DNA of 64,000 bases, taken from positions 1-64,000 of the IMG/VR virus record IMGVR_UViG_2871105481_000001; one strand, written 5' to 3'. Source of the stretch: a virus (lineage: Duplodnaviria; Caudoviricetes). The position numbers and the translations under genes are program-made. The notes below the pieces were generated by a model. That model was not told the origin of the DNA and searched no databases. It saw only the letters and a list, made by a program, of their open reading frames with translations. This document shows positions 10,274 to 19,352 of this stretch, piece after piece. Each line of letters begins with the position of its first letter. Positions within the stretch are counted from its first letter, which is position 1.

Positions 10274-10906
10274 ATGAAAAAAATAGCCATAATAGGTTCA
10301 GGCCATTTAGGTCAACAAATAACTCATCATATACATTCAGATACTAGTAATATTGTGGTTGGATATTTCGATGAATATCAAACTAAAGGAACAATTATTA
10401 AAGATATACCTATAATTGGAGGAAATAATGATATTATTACTTGCTATAAAAATGGAGAGTTTGATGAGATATTAATTGCTATTGGTTATAAACATATGAA
10501 TGTTAGAAAACTCTTTTATGATAAATTAAAAAACGATGTACCTTTTCATACATTTATTCATTCAACAACATTTATTGATCCATCTGCAAATATTGGATCT
10601 GGAACTATTATTTATCCTGGTTGTATAATAGATCAAGATGTAATTATTGAAGAAAATGTATTAATAAACATATCAAATACTATTTCTCATGATTCTAGAA
10701 TTGGTAAGCATTGTTTTTTATCCCCAAGTATTGCAATAGCAGGATTTGTGAGTATAGGAGAACAATGTAATATTGGTATAAATACAACAATAATTGATAA
10801 TATTATTATTTCAGATAATATTCAAACTGGAGGAGGAACAGTCGTAATAAAAAATTTAAATAACCAAGGTCTTTATGTTGGAAATCCAGCAAGGTTTATA
10901 AAATAA
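10274..10906 (+). CDS. NeuD/PglD-family sugar O-acetyltransferase (left-handed beta-helix)
   Basis: N-terminal 'IAIIGSGHLG', 'IAIG', hexapeptide repeats, 'ISHD', C-terminal 'YVGNPAR'. Confidence 0.9.
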   Translation: MKKIAIIGSGHLGQQITHHIHSDTSNIVVGYFDEYQTKGTIIKDIPIIGGNNDIITCYKNGEFDEILIAIGYKHMNVRKLFYDKLKNDVPFHTFIHSTTFIDPSANIGSGTIIYPGCIIDQDVIIEENVLINISNTISHDSRIGKHCFLSPSIAIAGFVSIGEQCNIGINTTIIDNIIISDNIQTGGGTVVIKNLNNQGLYVGNPARFIK

Positions 10907-10938
10907 AAAAATCTCGGAAACTGATTCCGAGATTTTTT
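10906..10938. terminator. bidirectional intrinsic terminator
   Basis: AAAAAATCTCGGAA-ACTGA-TTCCGAGATTTTTT. Confidence 0.85.
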
Positions 10939-11120
10939 CAAATTTCTATTTTTTTTATTTCACAATACACGACAGTAAATATGATCGCAATAAGTATAGT
11001 AACTAGAAAAAACAAAAGTGTATAAGTAAGCGTTGTCAAATTATAATATAATGAAGGCAAAAGTCCTGCTATAATTATTAGTAGAACCATGAATAATGGC
11101 GCTAAAATTCCTATTCTCAT
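10938..11120 (-). CDS. small two-TM membrane protein
   Basis: 60 aa, two hydrophobic stretches, inside the lysis cassette. Confidence 0.6.
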   Translation of the reverse strand: MRIGILAPLFMVLLIIIAGLLPSLYYNLTTLTYTLLFFLVTILIAIIFTVVYCEIKKIEI

Positions 11121-11125
11121 ATATA

Positions 11126-11555
11126 CTATTTAAGTTCAAAATGAGGGGGGGGCAAATGGGCTTTTCCAATATCCACCCCATGTTATTGCAATACCCAATT
11201 CTTTTGCAACTTTTTTAATGTGATCAGATATAAACTTCAGGTTCTTAATGGTGTCTTTATGATTAACCTGAACCTGTCCCAAAAAGAATGGATATAAATC
11301 TACTGCATGTCCAAATCCGTCTAGTTTCGCTTGGTGATTAGATTTATTCCTAACTCCGTCTGCATTGGTTACTTTTATGCCGGGTTTTGTTCTTCCTTGT
11401 GCATACAGATCCTGTAGCCTTTTTAAAGCACGAACTCCTTCAGTGATTGTGAAGTCTACCGGAGAATTTACAATTGCAGCTTTCATTACTTTTACTAAGT
11501 TTGGATGAATACCTTCTAAGTTCTTAAGGCTTCTTTCTCCTAATTTATATGTCAT
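11126..11555 (-). pseudogene. M15-family L-Ala-D-Glu peptidase endolysin, frameshifted near the C-terminus
   Basis: Motifs 'EGVR...LYAQGRT', 'SNH...GHAVD', 'ITWGG.W'. The expected 'PHFELK*' is out of frame behind a C8 run (G8 at 11145-11152 on +). Confidence 0.8.
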
Positions 11556-12157
11556 TACTTTCTTATTTTATCAATTATACTTTTTATGAATGTAGATTTC
11601 CGGAAATAGACTATTAATCCCATAATAATAATTATGGCTAATCCCCACCAGAAAAACACCGCATAGGCTCCAAACTGAAGTCCAGTACTCTTTACTTTTT
11701 CTGCCAGATCTTTAACTTCATTGGCGGCTTTAGAAATTGTTTCCTGAGATACAGCCTCCCGAGAAAGCTTCTGAAGCTCATTTAGATTTTCTTTTTTGTC
11801 TTCCTTACTATTACTCTTTTCAGTATTTATTGATTTAGCCCTATAAGTAACTTCTGCATTACCGGTAACTTTCACACTGGAAATAGTATCTCCGTTTTCT
11901 ATTTGATGAAATTCTATAGGCTTTCCGGATTCAGCTTTACCTTTTATTTCAATTTCTGAATTCTTGATTTTATCTAATTGCGTATCTTGGTATTTTGATT
12001 CCGATTTTTCAACCTGCTTCACAACAGAATCCTTCTCATCTTCTTTAACAACCTTTTCATAAGATTGTTTTATTTCAGAAGTAATTCGCCTATCTAACTT
12101 TCTGGATCTACACCCAAATATTAAAAAACAACTAAGTATTATCAGTATTGGTTTCAT
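11555..12157 (-). CDS. unimolecular spanin (u-spanin)
   Basis: N-terminal lipobox 'LIFGC', C-terminal TM 'FFWWGLAIIIIMGLIVYF' plus basic tail, in the lysis cassette. Confidence 0.75.
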   Translation of the reverse strand: MKPILIILSCFLIFGCRSRKLDRRITSEIKQSYEKVVKEDEKDSVVKQVEKSESKYQDTQLDKIKNSEIEIKGKAESGKPIEFHQIENGDTISSVKVTGNAEVTYRAKSINTEKSNSKEDKKENLNELQKLSREAVSQETISKAANEVKDLAEKVKSTGLQFGAYAVFFWWGLAIIIIMGLIVYFRKSTFIKSIIDKIRK

Positions 12158-12674
12158 TTGATTTGGTTTTAAGTGAATTTAAATCTGCTGTCTTCTGGAA
12201 ATTATCAAGCTTACTCATCCACCCTATAGGGGGGAACTTTCCACGGGTAATTATTGAAAGGTTTCCAAGAGCAGAACCTCCTGGATAAAGGAATACCATA
12301 GTTTGTATTAGCATCTTCATATAGATGGCAATAAAGTCTGCATCTTTTACGATCTCACGTAACATTTCAAGAACCACATAACCAGCAATACAGCCTCCTA
12401 CTTTTGTTATTAATCCTAAATAGTTCTTTTTAAAGACAAAATCACGTTTATAAAAAAGATGTACAACTGTGCCAAGCGCATGATCTACCAGAATAGCAGC
12501 CATAACCATTATTATGAAAAATGAATTGTCCATATACCATCCGGTTACCTTTTCATTAAATGCAAATGCAACAGCCGGAATCGTCCCCAGTTTAAATAAT
12601 GCTGGTAGAATCACATGTAGATCCTTTCCCGAGTGCAAAACGTTTAGGTTTTTAATTAAGAATTTAAGTATCAT
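12132..12674 (-). CDS. holin-like multi-TM protein
   Basis: Several hydrophobic segments, directly upstream of spanin/endolysin; probable ATG at 12674. Confidence 0.65.
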   Translation of the reverse strand: MILKFLIKNLNVLHSGKDLHVILPALFKLGTIPAVAFAFNEKVTGWYMDNSFFIIMVMAAILVDHALGTVVHLFYKRDFVFKKNYLGLITKVGGCIAGYVVLEMLREIVKDADFIAIYMKMLIQTMVFLYPGGSALGNLSIITRGKFPPIGWMSKLDNFQKTADLNSLKTKSNETNTDNT

Positions 12675-12675
12675 A

Positions 12676-15069
12676 CTATTGGCATTCATTAAATAAGAAA
12701 TCATCAAGAAGCCCATCAGCATACATTAAAGATCCCATTGTACCCATATGTACAACATCATTTACAGTATATTCAATTGTAGTACTTCGCGTATTCTGTG
12801 TATATTCATCATAAGAATATCCATTATCAACATCAAAAGAACTAGCACAATCAACATATCTAACAAATGAGCTAAGCGCAACTCCTTTATATGACTCATT
12901 TTTAATCGCAGATTCGTATAAATTATAGTGTTTAGTCCACAATCTACGTTGTCTAGAACAACTGAATCCATCATCGAATGTATGACCTGAATTAAGAGGA
13001 TAATATTGATGGTTTACCAATAAAATTTTGACATCAGAGCTTCCACCTGCTATCGTATCACAAGCTTGCTTAATTCTATATAATACACGCTTTAGTCTCT
13101 CTTTTATGGATGGTATATTGTTTTCATTCCATCCACCCGCAATTATATCATTAACTCCACAAGCGAAATAAATGTATTTTGGATATTTACCGGTTCCACA
13201 TACGCTTTGTATAAACCAAGGAAAATCCATTTGTTTGTTAATCCCATCATCGTCTAATTCATTTGGCATGCCAGAATCTGGTCTGAAAAATGGATTCCCA
13301 GAAGTTCCATTATTATATGGGATAGTTGTCTCCATTATTATCTCTAGACTATTTGCTATAGTATATTTGTTTGTTGAATCACCTTGCATACCAACTAATT
13401 CTATTCTACCAGCTCCCATATTATATGCAGGTTTATATAAAATATTACCATCAGTAGATCCAGGACTATTTGTATTTAACATTCTTAGCCACTCTTTGCC
13501 AATCTTATTTTGATTATAATGCCATAATGAATCTCCTATAATCATAACTTGCAAAGTTCCACTCCCTAATGGTAACTTTTTTATAGTAGTAGGCATAGTA
13601 GCTTTATATATTGTAGTAGTTTTACTTGCTATTTCAATCCTGTTTAAATCAAACACTCTTATAGTTAAAGATCCATTATCATTCAATAATATAAAACGTC
13701 CTTTATTTCCATCTCCAGCCATAACTTGATTTCCAGTTGCTTCTATATTATAATTTTTTCTGGGTTCAAATCCTGAAAATAAACTTTCTATATACAATCT
13801 CTTTTCAATAATATCAATTGAGTAAATTTTTTCCGAAAGCATTATTTCACCACTATTATTAGTCTTAATTATAGTGTTCTGAAGACTTTGATCTCCAACT
13901 ATTTTATTAATTTCATTGGTATTGAATAAAATAGAATCCGTTGAAAAATTTACTTTATTAGTGTTTTTAGTCCTCGCATTGAAATATATTCTGGCTGCAT
14001 TAGCAGGTATTTTAACATTTGTTAAGTTTGAACTTGTTCCAGAAATTCTAGCAGGAGTACTATCTGCAAATTGTAAATAAGTAAAACAAGAAAAATTACA
14101 ACTACTTATATATTTAGCACCTATTGGTATGGAAATCCATCCTACTTTATCTCCAGAAGAGTTAGGCACATATATACCTCCATCCATCACAGTCCCATTT
14201 TGTAAGTTAGGATCATCTAAGCCAGTATATTTACTTATAGGCACAGAAATTATATTAGGATCAGGAGAGTCAAATGATATTTTAGAATCAACATATTTTT
14301 TTACAGAATCTTGTTGAACTTGTTCATATGAAGCTAACATATTTACAATTGGAACTGATATTCCTACTTTTTGCCATACTACATATATAAATTGAGCGCC
14401 ATCTGGAATAGAAACTGTTGTTTCAATTGGTTGTGTCGGATTTGGTAAAGTATTAATTGCTGAATCAAGTAAACCCGTCAAAACATTATTAATATCTCCT
14501 GACATTATAGTAGGATACTTTGATTGTACACCTAGTAGAGTTAATGGTATTATTCCATTAAAATAAACATTTTTTTCTCCTGATTGAAGATTTATTTTTT
14601 GATATCTATAACCAGAATCAGAAATAATAGTACCAGTATTTACATCAATAAGTCCTTCAGTTACAGAATTCATTTCAACATTTCTAATCAATGAAGGTCT
14701 TGTAAATGAATCTAAAACTTTAGCTAAAACAGTAGCTCTTTTATTTGCAATTGCATTTGATGAATTTGCATTAAAGTCTTGATCAACTTGTACCTTCGGT
14801 TTTTCGCTTAATTCTTTATAAGCTACACCATTCTTAACTAATACATATACATAGTTATTATCTAATTCAAGCTGGGTAACTGTAATATTTGGAGTGACAT
14901 TTGTGTAAGTTCCTGCATTAAACACATCATACTTATAGTATCCATTTGTAGGTATATCTGAAGCTAAAACTTTACTTAAATCACCATTAATTCCTGTTAC
15001 TGCAATTTTTCTTACATCATTAAGTTTAGCATCTGTTTCTACTTTTGTATAGTGGATTGTATCTGCCAT
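12676..15069 (-). CDS. tail spike / receptor-binding protein with C-terminal SGNH (GDSL) esterase domain
   Basis: SGNH blocks 'IIGDSL', 'CGVNDI', 'DVVH'; lies at the end of the tail gene cluster. Confidence 0.75.
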   Translation of the reverse strand: MADTIHYTKVETDAKLNDVRKIAVTGINGDLSKVLASDIPTNGYYKYDVFNAGTYTNVTPNITVTQLELDNNYVYVLVKNGVAYKELSEKPKVQVDQDFNANSSNAIANKRATVLAKVLDSFTRPSLIRNVEMNSVTEGLIDVNTGTIISDSGYRYQKINLQSGEKNVYFNGIIPLTLLGVQSKYPTIMSGDINNVLTGLLDSAINTLPNPTQPIETTVSIPDGAQFIYVVWQKVGISVPIVNMLASYEQVQQDSVKKYVDSKISFDSPDPNIISVPISKYTGLDDPNLQNGTVMDGGIYVPNSSGDKVGWISIPIGAKYISSCNFSCFTYLQFADSTPARISGTSSNLTNVKIPANAARIYFNARTKNTNKVNFSTDSILFNTNEINKIVGDQSLQNTIIKTNNSGEIMLSEKIYSIDIIEKRLYIESLFSGFEPRKNYNIEATGNQVMAGDGNKGRFILLNDNGSLTIRVFDLNRIEIASKTTTIYKATMPTTIKKLPLGSGTLQVMIIGDSLWHYNQNKIGKEWLRMLNTNSPGSTDGNILYKPAYNMGAGRIELVGMQGDSTNKYTIANSLEIIMETTIPYNNGTSGNPFFRPDSGMPNELDDDGINKQMDFPWFIQSVCGTGKYPKYIYFACGVNDIIAGGWNENNIPSIKERLKRVLYRIKQACDTIAGGSSDVKILLVNHQYYPLNSGHTFDDGFSCSRQRRLWTKHYNLYESAIKNESYKGVALSSFVRYVDCASSFDVDNGYSYDEYTQNTRSTTIEYTVNDVVHMGTMGSLMYADGLLDDFLFNECQ

Positions 15070-15953
15070 TATATTATTCTATGGTTATATGTTATTATTA
15101 TTTTATCATTAACTCCAACAATTGGAAGTATTTTTATTTTATTAGGTAACTCAATATCATATTGAGATGTATCTAATCTTAATCCCTTATGAAATATTCC
15201 AATAAAACTAGTTGGTTCAAAATGTAATGTAATGTTGCTGATCCCTGTGAATTCTTCTGAATATGTAGATGTACCTAACATTATGTCATTATTATTTAGA
15301 TATAATGTATCATCTGGGGAATTTGTTATTGAACCTATATCCGTTCTCCATTGTAGTTTCTCAACAGAAGATAATGAAGTAGGAGTTTTAATAAAAATTG
15401 TTTTAAATGATGCTTTTGAGATATCACCTTCATTATTTAAAACCATAAATGCAGAATACGAAATATCTGATGACTTATCTTTAAGATTCTTAATTATATA
15501 GTCGTTTCCATTTGTATCCCAAATAAATTTAGCACCCTGTTTTAATCCGCTATTAACGGTTGTAGTTCCAGAATAATTGAAAATATTTCTACCTATATTA
15601 CTTGATAGTATTTTTACTGAATTTCCTGTAGCATCTATTAATGGTAAATATTTAAAGTCTGCATTTGGTTCTATTAATTCAGAATTTGGTTTTGATATCT
15701 TTTTATTTAATTCTAAATTAACTTGTGTTTTTGAATATACATTACCTTGAACTGTGGGTGAATCAATATATCCAATCCATTCTTTATCAAGACTATCTTT
15801 AATTATTTCATCAATATTAAAATTATCATCAATAATGTATTTCATGAAATCATCATAGCGGATTCTTCTAACGCAACCATGAATAGTCAACATGATTTGA
15901 TCATCATGTGCTAATTTTTTTACTAAATTTTTATTTGAATTTATATCACCCAT
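15069..15953 (-). CDS. tail-associated protein
   Basis: Position between tail fibre and spike; 'KLQWRTDIG' motif. Confidence 0.6.
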   Translation of the reverse strand: MGDINSNKNLVKKLAHDDQIMLTIHGCVRRIRYDDFMKYIIDDNFNIDEIIKDSLDKEWIGYIDSPTVQGNVYSKTQVNLELNKKISKPNSELIEPNADFKYLPLIDATGNSVKILSSNIGRNIFNYSGTTTVNSGLKQGAKFIWDTNGNDYIIKNLKDKSSDISYSAFMVLNNEGDISKASFKTIFIKTPTSLSSVEKLQWRTDIGSITNSPDDTLYLNNNDIMLGTSTYSEEFTGISNITLHFEPTSFIGIFHKGLRLDTSQYDIELPNKIKILPIVGVNDKIIITYNHRII

Positions 15954-15960
15954 CAGATTA

Positions 15961-18120
15961 TTATAAAGCCGATTTAAATACTTGATAAGAATTATTAATA
16001 AAATAAATGCTATATTTTCCTCTTGTATTTAAATTAACTGAAGTATTTGTTGTTGAATCAAAAGTTATATTCTTAGTTGAATTTAATGTAACTGTGTTAC
16101 TGTCTAGTTTTAGTAATGTTATTTCCATACTATAAATAGAATCATTTAAACTCGGAAGAACTAATGTAGTATTTGCACTACTATGTGCTATTAAACCTGT
16201 ATTAGGCTGTATATTAACTGTTCCTGAGTTTGTTATATTATTTCCTGAATAGTATATTGAAGTAACTAATAACTTATCAATATACCCACCATACATCTTA
16301 GAGTCTAAATCTGTCTTACCTTCTATATTTTCACCTGCAATACCAACAAACTTATCTCTAAAACCTCCTGGATTACCTCCTGATTTATTATAATAACCAT
16401 AAATTGCAGTATTACCAGTTTGAACACTACCTATATCTCCGCCTAAATATTTTGTTGCAAATCCTATATCGAAGGCACTAGAAATGATTCCATTAGTTCC
16501 AATGCCAGCAGATGATACAATCGTATTTGCCGATGTTCTACCAGTAACATTTATAAACGCACCATTCACATATTCAGTACTGCCTGAGTTTAGTGATGTA
16601 AGCCTAATTGCTGGACTTACTAAACTTCCAGAATAAAATGAAAGTGAATTATCTGATTCATTTATTTCTAATCTTGTTCCTGAATCATTGGTTTTTAAGT
16701 TTCTAACACCTAGATTTTCAATATAAGCAGCTTCTGCTAAAAAAATTCCTGTAGCTATAAAATCAAAAGTTCTATCTGCTACATTCCAATATTGAGGATT
16801 TGTTGGTAAAGTGCCTATTGGAATAATTCCTGCATCTGTTCTTGATACATACCATACTCCATTATAAATTACAGCTTCAACTCTTTTAGAATCTCCTATA
16901 TATTGCACTGTGTTTTTCCAAGAACCTCTTGGTGCTACAAACAAATCTGAAACTGGGCCTGTATCACCCTTATCGCCTTTCGGACCCACATCCCCTTTCG
17001 GACCCGGAACCCCTTGATCTCCTCTTTCTCCAGTTGACCTTACGGGTACACTCCATGTTCCTATCAATGAATTATCACTACCTTTTTTAGTTGCAATAGT
17101 CATCCAAAGAATTTCTAATGAATTTAACGTTGGAGGTTTAATTGTCCATCCACTAGGAACACTCTGATTTACATCTATTTCTGGTGGAGTTGTGTAAGAA
17201 CCATTTTTCGCAAATCTTTGTTCTGGATAATTACCTTTTTCCCCTTCTTCTCCCTTCTCCCCTTTTATTTTACTAACACTCCAACTACCCCAATTACCAT
17301 TAGAAAACTTTCTAATAGCCATCCATATAGAATCTTCTCTTGCATCATTGTACCAATTCTCTGGATTTAAAGTTGGATCACTTGGATTTAATAATAATGA
17401 AGAAAATTCAAAATCAATATCTTTAGTATCTGATAATAATCTTGGTATAGACCATAATGGCTGTTGAGGACTTTCACCATTCATTGTGAATATCCTAGTA
17501 GACATATAAATTGGTTTATTACCTGAAGGGATACCATCACTCCAGCCATTTGTTGTAGGTATTGGACTATTCCAACTACCACCAGTAGGAATACTTGGTA
17601 TACTATTACTTCTTATAAACGCAATTGATTTTAAAGCTCCATTACTATTGTCTCCATTTTCGCCATTAGTTCCAGCTTTTACTTTAGTAATAATATATGA
17701 AGTATACAAAGGACTATTACCTCCCTTTTCAGCAATAATATCTACACTACCATTATCTCCAGTCAATATTGATACATTTACATTCCCAGATAACGAATCT
17801 ATACTACCAACACAATTATAAAAAGTAGCTTTAAATGTCCATTGAGATTCTAGATTACCATCTTTATAAACATTAGCCTTAGTAGATGGAATTGGACTTG
17901 TAATATCTCCATTACTTTTTGATGGAATTAGAGAAAATTCTTTTGTTAACTTTAAAGAATAATTATCTATTTCTCTATTTTTAACTTTTACTCTAGTTCT
18001 ATTCTTATCAACAATAAATAATTCGCACTTTTCTGAATCAAGTGGCAATATATATAGCGAATTTGGCTTTATAGCCTCATTCTCGTTTTTAATTATTTCA
18101 ACATTTTTAAATTGTTTCAT
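15961..18120 (-). CDS. tail fibre protein with collagen-like repeats
   Basis: G-X-Y runs 'GEKGEEGEKG' and 'GERGDQGVPGPKGDVGPKGDKGDTGP'; repeated 'W(S)xP' modules. Confidence 0.8.
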   Translation of the reverse strand: MKQFKNVEIIKNENEAIKPNSLYILPLDSEKCELFIVDKNRTRVKVKNREIDNYSLKLTKEFSLIPSKSNGDITSPIPSTKANVYKDGNLESQWTFKATFYNCVGSIDSLSGNVNVSILTGDNGSVDIIAEKGGNSPLYTSYIITKVKAGTNGENGDNSNGALKSIAFIRSNSIPSIPTGGSWNSPIPTTNGWSDGIPSGNKPIYMSTRIFTMNGESPQQPLWSIPRLLSDTKDIDFEFSSLLLNPSDPTLNPENWYNDAREDSIWMAIRKFSNGNWGSWSVSKIKGEKGEEGEKGNYPEQRFAKNGSYTTPPEIDVNQSVPSGWTIKPPTLNSLEILWMTIATKKGSDNSLIGTWSVPVRSTGERGDQGVPGPKGDVGPKGDKGDTGPVSDLFVAPRGSWKNTVQYIGDSKRVEAVIYNGVWYVSRTDAGIIPIGTLPTNPQYWNVADRTFDFIATGIFLAEAAYIENLGVRNLKTNDSGTRLEINESDNSLSFYSGSLVSPAIRLTSLNSGSTEYVNGAFINVTGRTSANTIVSSAGIGTNGIISSAFDIGFATKYLGGDIGSVQTGNTAIYGYYNKSGGNPGGFRDKFVGIAGENIEGKTDLDSKMYGGYIDKLLVTSIYYSGNNITNSGTVNIQPNTGLIAHSSANTTLVLPSLNDSIYSMEITLLKLDSNTVTLNSTKNITFDSTTNTSVNLNTRGKYSIYFINNSYQVFKSAL

Positions 18121-18136
18121 CGTTTTGGATATCAGT

Positions 18137-18343
18137 TTATTCTGTTGTTAAGTTTTCTGGAGTAAAGCTTCCAATATCTTCAAATGATTGCTCTATAACC
18201 TCACCCAAATCAATATCACCAAACACTACATCTTTTAGTATGTCAAACTTGGTTATTCTTCTCTGGCATCCATCTATTAGAATGACAACTTCATCTGTCA
18301 TATACATTTCAGAAACTTGTTCAGCAGTTGATACACTTCCCAT
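18137..18343 (-). CDS. small tail-associated protein, paralogous to the N-terminus of 15069..15953
   Basis: Shared pattern 'D(E/Q)(V/I)...I(D/H)GCxRRI' in both proteins. Confidence 0.6.
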   Translation of the reverse strand: MGSVSTAEQVSEMYMTDEVVILIDGCQRRITKFDILKDVVFGDIDLGEVIEQSFEDIGSFTPENLTTE

Positions 18344-18372
18344 TTCAATTATTATTTTACCTAAAAATAGTT

Positions 18373-18765
18373 ATGCAGATAAATGAAATAGAGTTTGCTA
18401 AGCCTTTACCGTTTTCTGTAAGATTCACTTTAGCACTTAAATTGACAAGACAAAAATTTTATAAAGGAAGAACATTAGAATCTGTGATAATGGACTTAAT
18501 AACAGATGGTAAGCCTTCATATGAAGAAATACAGATACTTAATAGAGTTTTCAGGTTTGGGCATAGTGGAAATCAAAAACAGGATAACATAAGGAGGTTT
18601 TTTGTTGAAGTTTTTAATGATGAAGATTATTTACTTGATGTAATAAATAAAAAAGCTACTTACAAAGCTTTTATCCCTTCTAAAACAGATACTGATTTAG
18701 TTTCAAATACTCTTAATTCTATATTCAATGAAACATTTAGCAAACTAGGTATTAATGGTGTATAA
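18373..18765 (+). CDS. hypothetical protein, first gene of the packaging block
   Basis: ATG 18373 within track ORF 18328..18765. Confidence 0.65.
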   Translation: MQINEIEFAKPLPFSVRFTLALKLTRQKFYKGRTLESVIMDLITDGKPSYEEIQILNRVFRFGHSGNQKQDNIRRFFVEVFNDEDYLLDVINKKATYKAFIPSKTDTDLVSNTLNSIFNETFSKLGINGV

Positions 18766-18782
18766 GGCTATATTAGTCGTAC

Positions 18783-19352
18783 ATGGCAAAAAGACAATCT
18801 TTTACAGAACAAGCTAAAAGTGAAATGCCCTCTTTTATTAAGAAGGCAATAGATGACTTATTGGATGTAATGGATAGTAATATTGTTTATCCTAAAAACA
18901 AAAATGGACAGGTTTTAGAAAACAAACTCCTAACTATTGTCAAAGCTAGGGAGGATGTTTACAATGAACTATGTGGATTAATGGATTTAATCAGTATTGA
19001 CAAATCTTCTGACACAAAATACAAATCAAAAATTATACAGGGATTAAAAACAACTTGGCATGAATTAACAAGAATTACATGTAGGAGTATTGGTGGTGAA
19101 AGTACTGTTGACTTTACTAATTATACCCAATATGATGAGCCTGAAGAAGATTTAGAATGTTATGGTTCTCGACAATTCACATCTGACGATAATCTTTCAT
19201 CTATTGCAAAATCAAAAGGGCTTTCTGCTAGAGTTGCAACAAAAATAATTGAACGTATAGAATTACTAGAAGATAAGGAATCAGTACAGAGGCAAAAGAT
19301 TGAAAATAAGAAAATAGGAGGAATACCAGAGCGTTTTGCAAAAGTTAGATAA
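18783..19352 (+). CDS. putative terminase small subunit
   Basis: Helical 189-aa protein immediately upstream of and overlapping terL; positional call only. Confidence 0.5.
   Translation: MAKRQSFTEQAKSEMPSFIKKAIDDLLDVMDSNIVYPKNKNGQVLENKLLTIVKAREDVYNELCGLMDLISIDKSSDTKYKSKIIQGLKTTWHELTRITCRSIGGESTVDFTNYTQYDEPEEDLECYGSRQFTSDDNLSSIAKSKGLSARVATKIIERIELLEDKESVQRQKIENKKIGGIPERFAKVR

Noticed and set aside
16940-17280. GC-richer periodic sequence in the tail fibre as a separate repeat element
   Set aside because: Explained by collagen-like Gly-X-Y codons.
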